Assembly: GCA_051306135.1 (NCBI GenBank)
Contig: JBPPMQ010000158.1
Coordinates: 429-64,428, forward strand
Reading direction: 5' to 3'
Source of the DNA: Nocardioides sp.
GTDB taxonomy: Bacteria > Actinomycetota > Actinomycetes > Propionibacteriales > Nocardioidaceae
Length of the DNA stretch: 64,000 bases
Under the pieces are notes generated by a model. It was not told the origin of the DNA. It saw only the letters and a program-made list of their open reading frames with translations, and did not search any database. Shown in pieces: positions 49,819 through 63,501 of the stretch. The position numbers were made by a program, and so were the translations under genes. Position 1 is the first letter of the stretch; the number at the start of each line of letters is the position of its first letter.

Positions 49819-50796
49819 TCAGATCCAGCCGCGTCGACCGGCCTCGTGGCCCAATTGCAGGCGCGTGTCGACACCGGCACGATCCATCATCATCCGGACC
49901 CGGCGCTGCACCGTGCGCAATGAGAGTCCCAACTGGTTGGCGACGGCTTGATCGGTGAGTCCGGCGAAAAGCAACGACAGCACCCTGACGTCCAGGGGGT
50001 CCAGGTCGGGCTGGCCGACCTCCTCGGCGAACCCATGGACCAGGCCGAGCACCGAGGCACCCTCCCAGATGAGGTCGAAAGCGGTCAGCAGCACGTCCAG
50101 CAGTCCACTGGGATGGACCAGCAGGGCATCGGGAATCGCCTCGGGGGCGTCCCTGCTGGACAGCGGGATCAGCGCCAACGAGCGGTCCACGATCAGTGCT
50201 CGCAGCGGCACCGTCGGAACCACCCGGATCTGGGTGCCCAACCGCAGCACCTCCTCGGCCGCGGCGAGGAAGCCCGGCTTGTCGAAGACCTCCCGCTCGA
50301 CCACGAGGTTGTACTTCACCCCGCGCGCGATGGCGTCGGCTTCCACGTCGTCGTCGACGGGCGCTACCGCCGAGGCCTTCACCAGGGCATGCACCGAGGT
50401 GGTGGCTCCACGTTGGAGTTGGGCGAACCGTTGCGTGATCGCCTCGACGCCGCGCACCGAGTCCAACACCTCGGCCGTCCCGCGGCGGCCTCCGCTTGTC
50501 GCGTAGGCGGCCGACAGTTCCGCGATCTGTATGCCGGCGCGCCGCAGCGCTTCTTGTCGCTCGACCAGCAGCGCCGCCAGCGCGACATCGGGCGGGGACG
50601 GGATGAACCTGGTGCCGTCGAGCCTGGACCTGGTCACCATGCCCCGGCTGCTCAGGTCGGTGAGCACCGAGTCGGCCTCGGCCACCGTGACGCGGCATCG
50701 CGGTGCGACCTCTTCCACGCTCGCCGCCGACAACTCCACCAGGGTGCGATAGACGCGTTCGTGGATTTCGGGGAGCCCGAGCGCATCGAGTGCCAT
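49819..50796 (-). CDS. Transcriptional regulator with an N-terminal TrmB-like wHTH and a C-terminal LuxR-type HTH
   Basis: The N-terminus is LGLPEIHERVYRTLVELSAASVEEVA. The C-terminus is LTDQAVANQLGLSLRTVQRRV. The start was chosen at ATG 50796. Confidence 0.8.
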   Translation of the reverse strand: MALDALGLPEIHERVYRTLVELSAASVEEVAPRCRVTVAEADSVLTDLSSRGMVTRSRLDGTRFIPSPPDVALAALLVERQEALRRAGIQIAELSAAYATSGGRRGTAEVLDSVRGVEAITQRFAQLQRGATTSVHALVKASAVAPVDDDVEADAIARGVKYNLVVEREVFDKPGFLAAAEEVLRLGTQIRVVPTVPLRALIVDRSLALIPLSSRDAPEAIPDALLVHPSGLLDVLLTAFDLIWEGASVLGLVHGFAEEVGQPDLDPLDVRVLSLLFAGLTDQAVANQLGLSLRTVQRRVRMMMDRAGVDTRLQLGHEAGRRGWI

Positions 50797-51061
50797 GACG
50801 TGATTATGCCATCGGCGTAAATCTGTCAGCGCCGAGGCTTGCCAGGCTTTCCGGCGTCGGCAATGATTGCTTTCGCCGGCCCGGTCCAGACTCCCCCCAT
50901 CTGGATCGGGCCGGAGTTCCATCTCGGGCCAGGCGGAGCCCTCCCTGACCGGGCCGATCGCCTCCCCCTCAGCCCAGCGCCGCGAGGCTGCGAACCCGCG
51001 CGCACCGCGATCGGGGCGCGCCATCGTCAGTGTCGGAGGGCCGTGACAAGATTGGTCGTCT

Positions 51062-54000
51062 ATGAGCATTCTGGCTGCGATGACCGATGAGGCGCTGGAG
51101 GGCTGCTTCGACTGGCAGACCCTGCAACGCGGCAAGGTGTATGCCGGCCAGGACCGGGTCGGCAAACCGGCGCTGCGGGAGTTGAGCTCCACCTCGATCT
51201 CGGTGGTCGCCACCGTCACCGGCACCACCACCTACATCGTCAACCTGTTCGGCGACCTGGAGACCAACGGTTCGTTGTGGCTGAGCTCGCGTTGCACCTG
51301 CCCGGTGTCGCTGGACTGCAAACACGGCGCCGCCCTCGCGCTGACCCTGCGGGACTCGTTCGTGGCGCCCCGAGGCACTCGCCAGTGGGAGTCCACCCTG
51401 CGAGGTCTGGTCGACGAGCTCGAACACGCCGAGCCCGCCGTGACCGCTCCGTCCGGCCTGGCGCTTCAGTTCACCCTGGACAAGCCACGCATCGGCCGGG
51501 CCTGGCTCAACTCGCGTCCCACGGTGCGGGTGCGGCCGTTGCGGATGGGCGCGCGGGGCAAGTGGATCAAGACCGGGGCCGACTGGCGCGACCTCGACTC
51601 GGCCGAGCAACGCGGTTCCCTGGACCGTGATCAAGCCGAGATTCTGCTTCGGATGCTGGCCGGCATACGCAATGGGCAGGTCTATCCGGGGTCACTGCCG
51701 GCGCTGGGAGACTTCGACCGACATCTGGTGGTCACGTTGAGCGAGGCCGCCAAGGCAGGTGTGACCTTCCTGGCCGAGCCGCCCCTACAGGCGATCGAAC
51801 TGATCCAGGAGAAGCTGCCAACGGTCGCGGAGGTGACCGCCGCCGGCCAGGTCACCTCCATTCGCCTGGGCATCGACCACAATGAGAGGTTCTGGCACGG
51901 CGAGCAGGTGCAGCTGTTCGGCGACCCGGCCAACACCGTCGGCCTCCTCGACGACGGCGTCTTGTGTCTGGGAGCACTGGAACGTTCGGTGAGCGGCGCG
52001 ACCGCGCGGATGCTGCGCGAGGCTCTGGACATCGACGGTCCGAGCACCGACGCGTTCGCCAACTACCTGCGCCCGATGTCGCGCTACCTGACCGTGCGTT
52101 CCCCCGACGGCTCGGTCGCGCTGCCCGGCCAGGTTCGTCCGGTGGCCCGGGCTCGAGTCGTGTGGCGCTCCTCGACACGGGCGGAGCTGACCTGGTGGTG
52201 GCGGTACGCCGAACGGACCTGCGAGATGACCAGCAACGACCCGCTGGACGGCCTGCGGGACCGGCGGGTCGAGGCCGAGATCCGCCTCCGGCTGCCGCCC
52301 CACCTGGCTCGCTCGACCACGTTGACAGACGGCGATGCGCTGGCCTTGGCCATTTCCGACCTGGAGGTGCTGCGCGCGATCGAGGACGTCGAGGTGATCG
52401 AGGAGGAGCGACCAGACTTCCGGGAGTCCAGCGGAGATCCGCAGATCGAGTTCGGTTTCAAAGAGCCCACCGACGACGGAGTCCGCCGCAACGACTGGCT
52501 CGGCCTGGAGATCTTGATGACGGTCGAAGGCGAGTCGATTCCGCTGCCCTCGGTGCTCGAGGCGCTCACCAAGGACCTCGGGCACGTCATCCTGCCCAGC
52601 GGGCTCTACCTGTCCACCGCCCGTCCAGAGTTCGACCGGCTGCGCGAGGCGGTCGAACTGGCCGCGCAACTGCGCGACCGTGACGGCGAACTTCGCATCA
52701 ACACCGACGACCTGTCCAGCTGGGGCCAACTGGCCGAGATGGGGATCGTCTCCGACCAGGCCCGCCGGTGGGTCGCCCGAGCCCAGGCGCTGCGGGAGAT
52801 CGAGTCGCTGCCCGTGCCGGACACCACCGGGGTGACCACACAGCTGCGTCACTACCAGGTCGATGGACTTGCCTGGCTGGCCTTCTTGTGGGATCAGCAC
52901 CTTGGCGGGATCCTCGCCGACGACATGGGCCTGGGCAAGACGCTCCAGGTGCTAGCCCTGATCCAGCATGCGAGCAACCGTGGCATCGAAGCGCCCTTCC
53001 TGGTGGTGTGTCCCACCAGCGTGGTTTCGGCGTGGCTGACCGAGTCCGAGCGCCATACCCCGGGCCTGCGGGTCGCTGCGGTGGCCAGTCGCAACGAGGC
53101 TATCCCCGCCGACGTCGACATCGTGGTCACCACCTACACCGTGCTGCGTCTGGCCGAGGACCGTTTTGCAGCCCAGGCCTGGTCGGGCCTGATCCTGGAC
53201 GAGGCGCACAACGTCAAGAACCACACCTCGAAGTCCTACGCAGCAGTGCGTCGAATCCAGGCCGACTTCCGTCTTGCGGTCACCGGCACTCCGTTCGAGA
53301 ACCGGCTGATGGAGTTGTGGTCGTTGCTCTCCATCACCAATCCGGGCCTGTATCCGTGGCCCAAGGAGTTCAAGGAGCGGGTCTCCAACCCCGTCGAACG
53401 TCACGCCGACGCGGGAGCGCTGCATCGGTTCCGACGCCGGATCCGGCCGTTCATGCTGCGCCGCACCAAGGAACTGGTTGCCAAAGACCTGCCGCCCAAG
53501 CAGGAGCAGGTGCTGGCGGTCGACCTGTCGGCTCGCCACCGCAAGATCTACGACTCGCACCTGGCCAAGGAACGCCAACGCATTCTGGGTCTGGTCGAAG
53601 ACTGGGAGCACAACCGGGTCGCGATCTTCAGTGCCCTGACTACGTTGCGCCAACTGGCCATCGATCCGGCCCTGGTCGATCCCGAGAACGAAGCCGTCGG
53701 CTCGGCGAAGCTGGACCTGCTGGTCGAGCACCTCACCGAGATCGTCGCCGAAGGCCACAAGGCTCTCGTGTTCAGCCAGTTCACCTCCTTTCTCAAACGG
53801 GTGCGAACCCGGCTGGATGGGGAGCAGGTCACGACGCAGTATCTCGACGGCGGCACCCGCAACCGGCCCGAGGTGATTCAGGGGTTCCGTGACTCCGGGG
53901 CCAGCGCGTTCCTGATCTCCCTCAAAGCCGGCGGCGTCGGCCTGACGTTGACCGAAGCGGACTATGTCTTCGTACTCGACCCGTGGTGGAACCCGGCCAG

Positions 54001-54205
54001 CGAGGCTCAGGCCGTCGACCGGGCCCACCGCATCGGGCAGGACAAGCACGTGCACGTCTACCGGTTGATCTCCACCGACACGATCGAGGAGAAGGTGATG
54101 GAGCTCAAAGCCAAGAAGGCCGAACTCTTCGACCAGGTCGTCGACGGCGACGGGATGATGACCACTGCGGTGACCGCCGAAGACATTCGCGCTCTGTTCG
54201 ACTGA
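51062..54205 (+). CDS. helZ: SWIM zinc-finger plus SNF2-family helicase (HelZ-like)
   Basis: SWIM motif CTCPVSLDCKHGAA. SNF2 motifs are LADDMGLGKTLQ, LILDEAHNVKN, AVTGTPFENRL, KALVFSQFTS, GGVGLTLTEADYVFVLDPWWNPA and QAVDRAHRIGQ. Confidence 0.9.
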   Translation: MSILAAMTDEALEGCFDWQTLQRGKVYAGQDRVGKPALRELSSTSISVVATVTGTTTYIVNLFGDLETNGSLWLSSRCTCPVSLDCKHGAALALTLRDSFVAPRGTRQWESTLRGLVDELEHAEPAVTAPSGLALQFTLDKPRIGRAWLNSRPTVRVRPLRMGARGKWIKTGADWRDLDSAEQRGSLDRDQAEILLRMLAGIRNGQVYPGSLPALGDFDRHLVVTLSEAAKAGVTFLAEPPLQAIELIQEKLPTVAEVTAAGQVTSIRLGIDHNERFWHGEQVQLFGDPANTVGLLDDGVLCLGALERSVSGATARMLREALDIDGPSTDAFANYLRPMSRYLTVRSPDGSVALPGQVRPVARARVVWRSSTRAELTWWWRYAERTCEMTSNDPLDGLRDRRVEAEIRLRLPPHLARSTTLTDGDALALAISDLEVLRAIEDVEVIEEERPDFRESSGDPQIEFGFKEPTDDGVRRNDWLGLEILMTVEGESIPLPSVLEALTKDLGHVILPSGLYLSTARPEFDRLREAVELAAQLRDRDGELRINTDDLSSWGQLAEMGIVSDQARRWVARAQALREIESLPVPDTTGVTTQLRHYQVDGLAWLAFLWDQHLGGILADDMGLGKTLQVLALIQHASNRGIEAPFLVVCPTSVVSAWLTESERHTPGLRVAAVASRNEAIPADVDIVVTTYTVLRLAEDRFAAQAWSGLILDEAHNVKNHTSKSYAAVRRIQADFRLAVTGTPFENRLMELWSLLSITNPGLYPWPKEFKERVSNPVERHADAGALHRFRRRIRPFMLRRTKELVAKDLPPKQEQVLAVDLSARHRKIYDSHLAKERQRILGLVEDWEHNRVAIFSALTTLRQLAIDPALVDPENEAVGSAKLDLLVEHLTEIVAEGHKALVFSQFTSFLKRVRTRLDGEQVTTQYLDGGTRNRPEVIQGFRDSGASAFLISLKAGGVGLTLTEADYVFVLDPWWNPASEAQAVDRAHRIGQDKHVHVYRLISTDTIEEKVMELKAKKAELFDQVVDGDGMMTTAVTAEDIRALFD

Positions 54206-54232
54206 GCGTCGAGCCTGCGGTCACCACCTGGG

Positions 54233-54676
54233 TCAACCCTTGAGCCAGTCCGCCCCGGGGTTGCTGGACTCCAGCCAGGCCTGGAAACCGATCAGCGATG
54301 ACTCGGTCATCGCAAACTCGACATCGCCGGCGGGCGAGGAGCACACCACGACGACATGATCGGCGTAGATCGACACGGTCTCGTCGCCCTGAGGCACGCG
54401 AGAGGTCTCGAAGGTCAAGTCGGTACGACGCCAGGTGCGCCGGGCGCCGGGCCAGATCGAGAAGAACCGGAACCACTCCAGCGTCTCACCCGAGTAACGA
54501 CCGATCCCGAGAACCCAACCGCGCCCAGGCGAAGTCGCCTGGGCGCGGTTGGAGAGTTCAAAGGTGCCACCGTTGCGAGCGATCACCCGTCGACGGACGA
54601 ACACCGCCACCCCGAAGGCGAGCACGAGGACCAGACAGCCAACGATCGCGTCGAGTACCAGTGCCCACCATGCCAT
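54233..54676 (-). CDS. DUF2550 membrane protein (conserved downstream of atpC in actinobacteria)
   Basis: N-terminal TM helix plus the pattern GWVLGIGRYSGETLEWFR.FS. It occupies the position of Rv1312. Confidence 0.85.
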   Translation of the reverse strand: MAWWALVLDAIVGCLVLVLAFGVAVFVRRRVIARNGGTFELSNRAQATSPGRGWVLGIGRYSGETLEWFRFFSIWPGARRTWRRTDLTFETSRVPQGDETVSIYADHVVVVCSSPAGDVEFAMTESSLIGFQAWLESSNPGADWLKG

Positions 54677-54696
54677 GTGCGGATTCTAAGCGCCGG

Positions 54697-55086
54697 TCAG
54701 CGAATCTTCTCCACGGCCCGGATCCGTGCCTCGGCCCGGCGCAGTCGCCGTTCGGCCTCGTCATCGGAGCCGATCAGGCCGCGGGCCGTCTCAGCCTCCA
54801 CTTGAGCAGCGGACAGGTCGATGTCCTCGGCCATGATGGAAGTCTCGGACAGGATCGACACCCGGTCGGCCGCAACGGAGACGAACCCACCTTCAACCGT
54901 CGCGACCATCACGTCGCTGCCGTCCTCAGGGGTGATCTCCACGACAGCGTCGGTGAGCACCGAGAGCAGCGGCGCGTGCCCGGACAGGATGCCGACATCG
55001 CCTTCGACCGTCCGGGTGATGACCATGCTGGCCTCCCCCGACCACACGGTGCGGTCGGCGGCAACCAGTTCGACGTGAAGCGTCAT
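54697..55086 (-). CDS. atpC: F1 ATP synthase epsilon subunit
   Basis: MTLHVELVAADRTVWSGEASMV...G.VGILSGHAPLLS. Confidence 0.92.
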   Translation of the reverse strand: MTLHVELVAADRTVWSGEASMVITRTVEGDVGILSGHAPLLSVLTDAVVEITPEDGSDVMVATVEGGFVSVAADRVSILSETSIMAEDIDLSAAQVEAETARGLIGSDDEAERRLRRAEARIRAVEKIR

Positions 55087-55088
55087 GG

Positions 55089-56564
<1,476 letters not shown>

Positions 56565-57488
56565 TCAGTCGCGTGAGGCGCCTGCGTCGGCAAGCGCGTT
56601 CACACCGCCGACGATCTCGCTGATTTCCTGGGTGATGCCCGCCTGGCGAGCCTGGTTGGCGATCCGGGTGAACTTCTTGATGAGCTCGGATGCGTTGTCG
56701 GTGGCCGACTTCATCGCCTTCTGGCGAGCAGCCAACTCCGAAGCTGCCGACTGGAGCAGCGCGTTCCAGATGCGGCTGTTGACGTACTGCGGCAGCAGGG
56801 CGTCCAACACGGCCTCTCCGGACGGCTCGAACTCATACAACGGAAGCAGGTCGTCCGATTCCGGAGCCTCGGTCCCCTCCACGACTTCCAGCGGCAGCAG
56901 ACGCACGGCCTGCGGCAACTGGGTCAGCATGGAGACGAACCGGGTGTAGACGAGGTGCACCTCGTCGGCCCCGGTGGCACCGGCCGCACCCCCCTCGCTG
57001 GCGAGGAAGGTCTCGATGAGCGTGTGCCCGATTTCCCGGGCCACCTCGTAGGTGGGCTGGTCGGAGTGTCCCGTCCAGACCTGGGTGACCGGACGGCCAC
57101 GGAACTTGTAGAACGCGTCGCCCTTGCGGCCTGACACGTAGAGGTCGACCTGCTTGCCTTCAGCCTTGAGCTTCTCGACCAGCCCCTCCGCCTCGCGCAG
57201 CACGCTGGAGGAGTAGGCACCGGCCAGACCACGGTCGCTGGTAAGCACCAGCACCGCGGCCCGGTCGGGGTTGATCGGCTCGCGAGTCAACGGGTGGTCG
57301 ACGTTGGAGTACGTCGCCACCGCAGAGACCGCACGGGTCAGCTCACGGGCGTAGGGCGAGGCCGCGTTGGCCCGCTGCTGCGCCTTAATGATCCGGGACG
57401 CAGCAATGAGCTCCATGGCACGCGTGATCTTCTTCATCGACTCCGTCGACTTGATCCGCGCCCGATACTCACGCAGCGATACAGCCAT
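56565..57488 (-). CDS. atpG: F1 ATP synthase gamma subunit
   Basis: [27 protein letters not shown] and the C-terminal [11 protein letters not shown]. Confidence 0.95.
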   Translation of the reverse strand: MAVSLREYRARIKSTESMKKITRAMELIAASRIIKAQQRANAASPYARELTRAVSAVATYSNVDHPLTREPINPDRAAVLVLTSDRGLAGAYSSSVLREAEGLVEKLKAEGKQVDLYVSGRKGDAFYKFRGRPVTQVWTGHSDQPTYEVAREIGHTLIETFLASEGGAAGATGADEVHLVYTRFVSMLTQLPQAVRLLPLEVVEGTEAPESDDLLPLYEFEPSGEAVLDALLPQYVNSRIWNALLQSAASELAARQKAMKSATDNASELIKKFTRIANQARQAGITQEISEIVGGVNALADAGASRD

Positions 57489-57497
57489 CTGTCAGCC

Positions 57498-59135
<1,638 letters not shown>

Positions 59136-59178
59136 CTCAGGGGTTCCTTCTCTCTCGTGATCGATTGGGTACGCCGGG

Positions 59179-59969
59179 TCAGCCGGCGAGGGCTCGGGTG
59201 GTCTCGTCGACACGCGCCGCGACGGAACCATCGATGACGTCGTCACCGATCTCCACCTTGACACCGCCGACAAGGGTCGGGTCGATGATCGTGTTGATAT
59301 GCACCGGGCGTCCGTACTTGCCGGCTAGCGCTGTGGCCAACCGGGTGGTCTGGGCGTCGGTCAACGGAGTTGCAACGCGAACGGTGGCAACTCCCTCGTC
59401 GTGGGCGGCCGCGGCCACCTTCTGGTATTCGGCCAGAGCGACCGACACCGTGCGGTAGGTGCCGGCCAGCGCCTGCTTGACCAGCGTGACAGTGCCCGGC
59501 AGTGCCTTCGAAGAGAGAATCGAGTCGATCAGAGCCGACTTGTCCTCGATCGAACGAGCTGGGTCCGAGAGCGCGTCGCGAAGGCCCGGGGTCTCCTGAA
59601 CCAGCTGAGCGACCTCGAAGAGTTCGTCGGCCAGACGCTTGGCAACCGGCTCCGAACGCACCACGGCGAGCTCGGAGAGGTGCTCCAGCGCATCGGCCAG
59701 GTCCAGGCCACTGGTCCACTTCTTGGCGACCGCACTGACCAGCAGAGTCAGAGTGGGGGCCGCGACCTTCGATCCGAAGATCTCGGTCATCAGACCGGCC
59801 TTGGCTTCCGCTGGAAGCGAGCCGTCGGTGGCGAAGCGGCGCAGAGCCCCTTCGCCTCGCAGTGCTTGACTGACCGAGAAGAGCTCGTCGGCCATCGCAG
59901 CGGTGGGCGCAGTGCCCAACTCCGCAGTCAGGTCGGCGACCGCGTCAGCGGATGCTCCACGCAGGTCCA

Positions 59970-59970
<1 letters not shown>
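59179..59970 (-). CDS. atpH: F1 ATP synthase delta subunit
   Basis: The OSCP/delta C-terminal pattern is [18 protein letters not shown]. The start ATG 59970 overlaps the atpF stop (ATGA). Confidence 0.88.
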
Positions 59971-60524
<554 letters not shown>

Positions 60525-60544
60525 TTACTTGTGGTGGGTCTGCG

Positions 60545-60748
60545 TCAGAGAACGAAGGCGAGGGCGATACCGATGATCGCCAGCGCTTCGGCGAGCGCGA
60601 AGCCCAGAATTGCGATCGACTGCAAACGGCCCTGTGCCTCGGGCTGGCGGGCAACACCGGCGATGTACGCGGCGAAGATCAGGCCGATACCGATACCGGG
60701 GCCAATCGCAGCGAGGCCATAGCCGATCATGTTGAGGTTGCCGTCCAC
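60545..60748 (-). CDS. atpE: Fo ATP synthase subunit c
   Basis: [12 protein letters not shown]...ARQPE...ALAEAL hairpin proteolipid. Confidence 0.95.
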   Translation of the reverse strand: MDGNLNMIGYGLAAIGPGIGIGLIFAAYIAGVARQPEAQGRLQSIAILGFALAEALAIIGIALAFVL

Positions 60749-60839
60749 GGCGGTTCCTTTCGGTTGGGTTCTACTTGGTGTAGATCTCGGGGTTTGGTGT
60801 GTTCAGTTGGTACCAGGTGCCCGGCGTCTGCCGGGCAGG

Positions 60840-61634
60840 TCAGTGTTCGTCGGCCAGAGCGCCGGCGATGTACATCGCGTTGAGCAGGGTGAATACGTAG
60901 GCCTGGAGGACCTGGACCAGCAGTTCCAGGAAACTGACCGCGATGGCCAGCACCCAGGCGAGCAAGCCGGAGGTGACGCCGACGACGCCGCCGTAGTCGT
61001 TGATCAGGTAAAGACCGCCGGTGGAGAACAGGATCAGCAGCAAGTGGCCGGCGAACATGTTGGCAAACAGACGCAACGCCAGCGTGACCGGTCGCACGAC
61101 CAGGTTGGAGAAGAACTCCAGCGGCACCAACAGCGGGTACATCAACGGGGAGATGCCGCTGGGCACGCACTGCAGCTTCAGGTAGCCGACGAAGCCGTGC
61201 TTGTGGATGCCGACGGCGTTGTAGACGACCCAGCTCAGCGCTGCCAGCGCGTAGGCCATCGACGCGCGCGAGAAGGTCGGGAACTGGATGACCGGGACTG
61301 CGGCGAACAGGTTGTTCACCAAGACGAAGAAGAACAGGGTGACCAGGTAGGGAACGAACTTGATGAAGTCGTGGCTGCCGATGATGTCGCGCCCGATCGA
61401 GTTGCGGACCATGCCGTAGGCGCTCTCGCCGGCGTACTGCAATCGACCCGGCACCATCGCGCCCCGTCGGATCGCGAGCCAGAAGAATCCGAAGACCAAG
61501 ATAGCCGCGAGGACGACCTGGAACATCGGCTTGGTGATGGCGGTTCCGCCGATCTCGAAGAATCCGGGCAGGTCGAAGTTGCCCGGGCCCGGCGGGACGA
61601 ATTCGTCGCCGGAGGTCAGAAACCCTGCGGTCAC
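60840..61634 (-). CDS. atpB: Fo ATP synthase subunit a
   Basis: LALRLFANMFAGH contains the conserved Arg motif. The protein is polytopic. Confidence 0.95.
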   Translation of the reverse strand: MTAGFLTSGDEFVPPGPGNFDLPGFFEIGGTAITKPMFQVVLAAILVFGFFWLAIRRGAMVPGRLQYAGESAYGMVRNSIGRDIIGSHDFIKFVPYLVTLFFFVLVNNLFAAVPVIQFPTFSRASMAYALAALSWVVYNAVGIHKHGFVGYLKLQCVPSGISPLMYPLLVPLEFFSNLVVRPVTLALRLFANMFAGHLLLILFSTGGLYLINDYGGVVGVTSGLLAWVLAIAVSFLELLVQVLQAYVFTLLNAMYIAGALADEH

Positions 61635-61644
61635 TGTTGGCCTC

Positions 61645-61896
61645 TCAGTTGCTGTCGTGCGGTGTCGTAACTGCGTCGTTCGGCGGTCGCGGTTTCAGGT
61701 AGCGCGCCCAGGTCATGTAGATCCCCAGAGCAGCCCCCGCGATGATCCCGATCGCCACGATGAAGTGGGTGCCGAGCCATCTGTCCAGAGCGAACCCAGC
61801 CAGCCCGTAGACGATCACGCCGGCCGTGATGTAGCCAAATGCGCGCCACGGGTCCTGGGATGCAGGTTCGGGATCGGCCATCGGCATCTGACTCAT
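61645..61896 (-). CDS. AtpZ/AtpI-family small membrane protein
   Basis: 83 aa with two TM helices (GYITAGVIVYGLAGFALDRWLGT..FIVAIGIIAGAALGIY). It lies directly upstream of atpB. Confidence 0.7.
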   Translation of the reverse strand: MSQMPMADPEPASQDPWRAFGYITAGVIVYGLAGFALDRWLGTHFIVAIGIIAGAALGIYMTWARYLKPRPPNDAVTTPHDSN

Positions 61897-61923
61897 CGCG
61901 AACTGGACAATAGCAGTCGAGTT

Positions 61924-62241
61924 TCATCGGCGGCCAACCGGCTCCAGATCGAACGCCGGGACTCGGGAGCGTTGGTGCCGCACCACGGCACCGACCGTCC
62001 AGACCACAGCGACCACGATCACACCGGCCGCGAACCAGCCTGAGACCTGCGCCCCGGAGCTAGCGACTTCGCTGAGCACCGCGACGACCGCGACCGTCTG
62101 CAGGGTGTAGCTCAACAACGCGACCAGCAGGGACAGGTGGGGCAGGTGCCGGGCTACGTAGGCCACCACGGCGGTGCTGGAGACGCACAGAACCGCGGCG
62201 ACTGCTGCACCTGCCACGAGAGCGGTGATGGCTGTCATCAT
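61924..62241 (-). CDS. ATP synthase protein I-like hydrophobic protein (Rv1303 position)
   Basis: 105 aa with 3-4 TM helices. It is the first gene of the atp cluster. Confidence 0.6.
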   Translation of the reverse strand: MMTAITALVAGAAVAAVLCVSSTAVVAYVARHLPHLSLLVALLSYTLQTVAVVAVLSEVASSGAQVSGWFAAGVIVVAVVWTVGAVVRHQRSRVPAFDLEPVGRR

Positions 62242-62361
62242 CGGCGGCCAATCTAGATCGATTTCAGATGTGCGTGGCGCCCCAGGGGACGCTCGTGAAA
62301 ACTATCACAAAGTGGTCACCACGCTCCATTTGATCGATCCACCCACGCCCCCAGCCAGATG

Positions 62362-63501
62362 TCAACCCCCGCCAGGGTCCAGAGCCACTACTGGAGCCTT
62401 CAACTTGGGCACCAGGAAGGTCAACGCCAGGGTCACAACCGTCATCACAACGAGCACGGTCCACATCCACGCGCCGGCGTACAGACTGGCGAAAACTGAG
62501 CCGAACGCAATCAACCCTGCCCACATCCACATGATCAGCACCGCACGCCGTTGGGAGTGCCCGATCTCGAGCAGGCGGTGATGCAGATGCTGCTTGTCGG
62601 GTGCCAGCGGACTGCGTCCGGCCCGGGTACGCCGGATGACTGCCAGCACCAAGTCGGCCAGCGGCACGATCAGGATGGTCAGTGGCAACAGCAACGGCAG
62701 GAAGATCGGCAGCAGGCTCGCGTTGGATCCCGCGGCACCCTGGGCGATCTGTTCGGGACTGAACTGCCCGGTCAGACTCACCGCACTGGCCGAGAGCACC
62801 AGACCCAACAGCATCGACCCGGAGTCCCCCATGAAGATCCGCGCCGGGTGGAAGTTGTGGATCAGGAACCCCAGGCAGGCGCCGGCCAACACGATCGACA
62901 GCAGCGCCGCCGTGGTGGCCCGGTCGACGTTGTTGGTGCGCGACAGGGCATAGCAGTAGACGAAGAAGGCGGTCGCGCCGATGCCGATCACCCCGGCCGC
63001 CAAGCCGTCGAGTCCATCGACGAAATTGACCGCGTTGACGGTGGCGACCACCACGAAGCCGGTCAACAGAGCCCCCTGGGCACTGTCGAAAACGAAAGTT
63101 CGGCCGTTGAGGTCGATGAACCAGTACTGGATGGAGAAGTAGATCAAGAACGCGGTGGCCAGGATCTGCCCGCCGAGTTTGGTCAGCGCGTCCAACTCGA
63201 AGATGTCGTCGAGCACGCCGAACATGCAGATGATCAGACCGCCGAGGATGACGATGCCGGCGTCGTGGAGTACGAACGCCGGCGAGTTGCCGAGCAGTGG
63301 CAGGTTGCGGGCCACCAGATAGCCGGCACCCAATCCGGCGAGCATGGCCAGTCCCCCCATATAGGGGATCGGCACATCGTGGACGTCTCGGTCCCGGACC
63401 CGGGCCACTGCCCCGGTGCGCAGGGCGATTTCGCGGGCGATGACAGTGAGCAGGTAGGTGACCATCGCCGAGACGAGCAGCACCAGCAGATATTCACGCA
63501 T
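62362..63501 (-). CDS. wecA: UDP-GlcNAc:undecaprenyl-phosphate GlcNAc-1-phosphate transferase (MraY/WecA family)
   Basis: NAVNFVDGLDGLA, IFMGDSGS and HLHHRL motifs. It occupies the position of rfe (Rv1302). Confidence 0.9.
   Translation of the reverse strand: MREYLLVLLVSAMVTYLLTVIAREIALRTGAVARVRDRDVHDVPIPYMGGLAMLAGLGAGYLVARNLPLLGNSPAFVLHDAGIVILGGLIICMFGVLDDIFELDALTKLGGQILATAFLIYFSIQYWFIDLNGRTFVFDSAQGALLTGFVVVATVNAVNFVDGLDGLAAGVIGIGATAFFVYCYALSRTNNVDRATTAALLSIVLAGACLGFLIHNFHPARIFMGDSGSMLLGLVLSASAVSLTGQFSPEQIAQGAAGSNASLLPIFLPLLLPLTILIVPLADLVLAVIRRTRAGRSPLAPDKQHLHHRLLEIGHSQRRAVLIMWMWAGLIAFGSVFASLYAGAWMWTVLVVMTVVTLALTFLVPKLKAPVVALDPGGG

Noticed and set aside
62242-62361. Relatively AT-richer spacer upstream of the atp cluster, checked for a promoter (a TTGACA on the minus strand at 62360-62365).
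   Set aside because: No acceptable -10 element lies at the proper spacing, so there is too little evidence to call a promoter.
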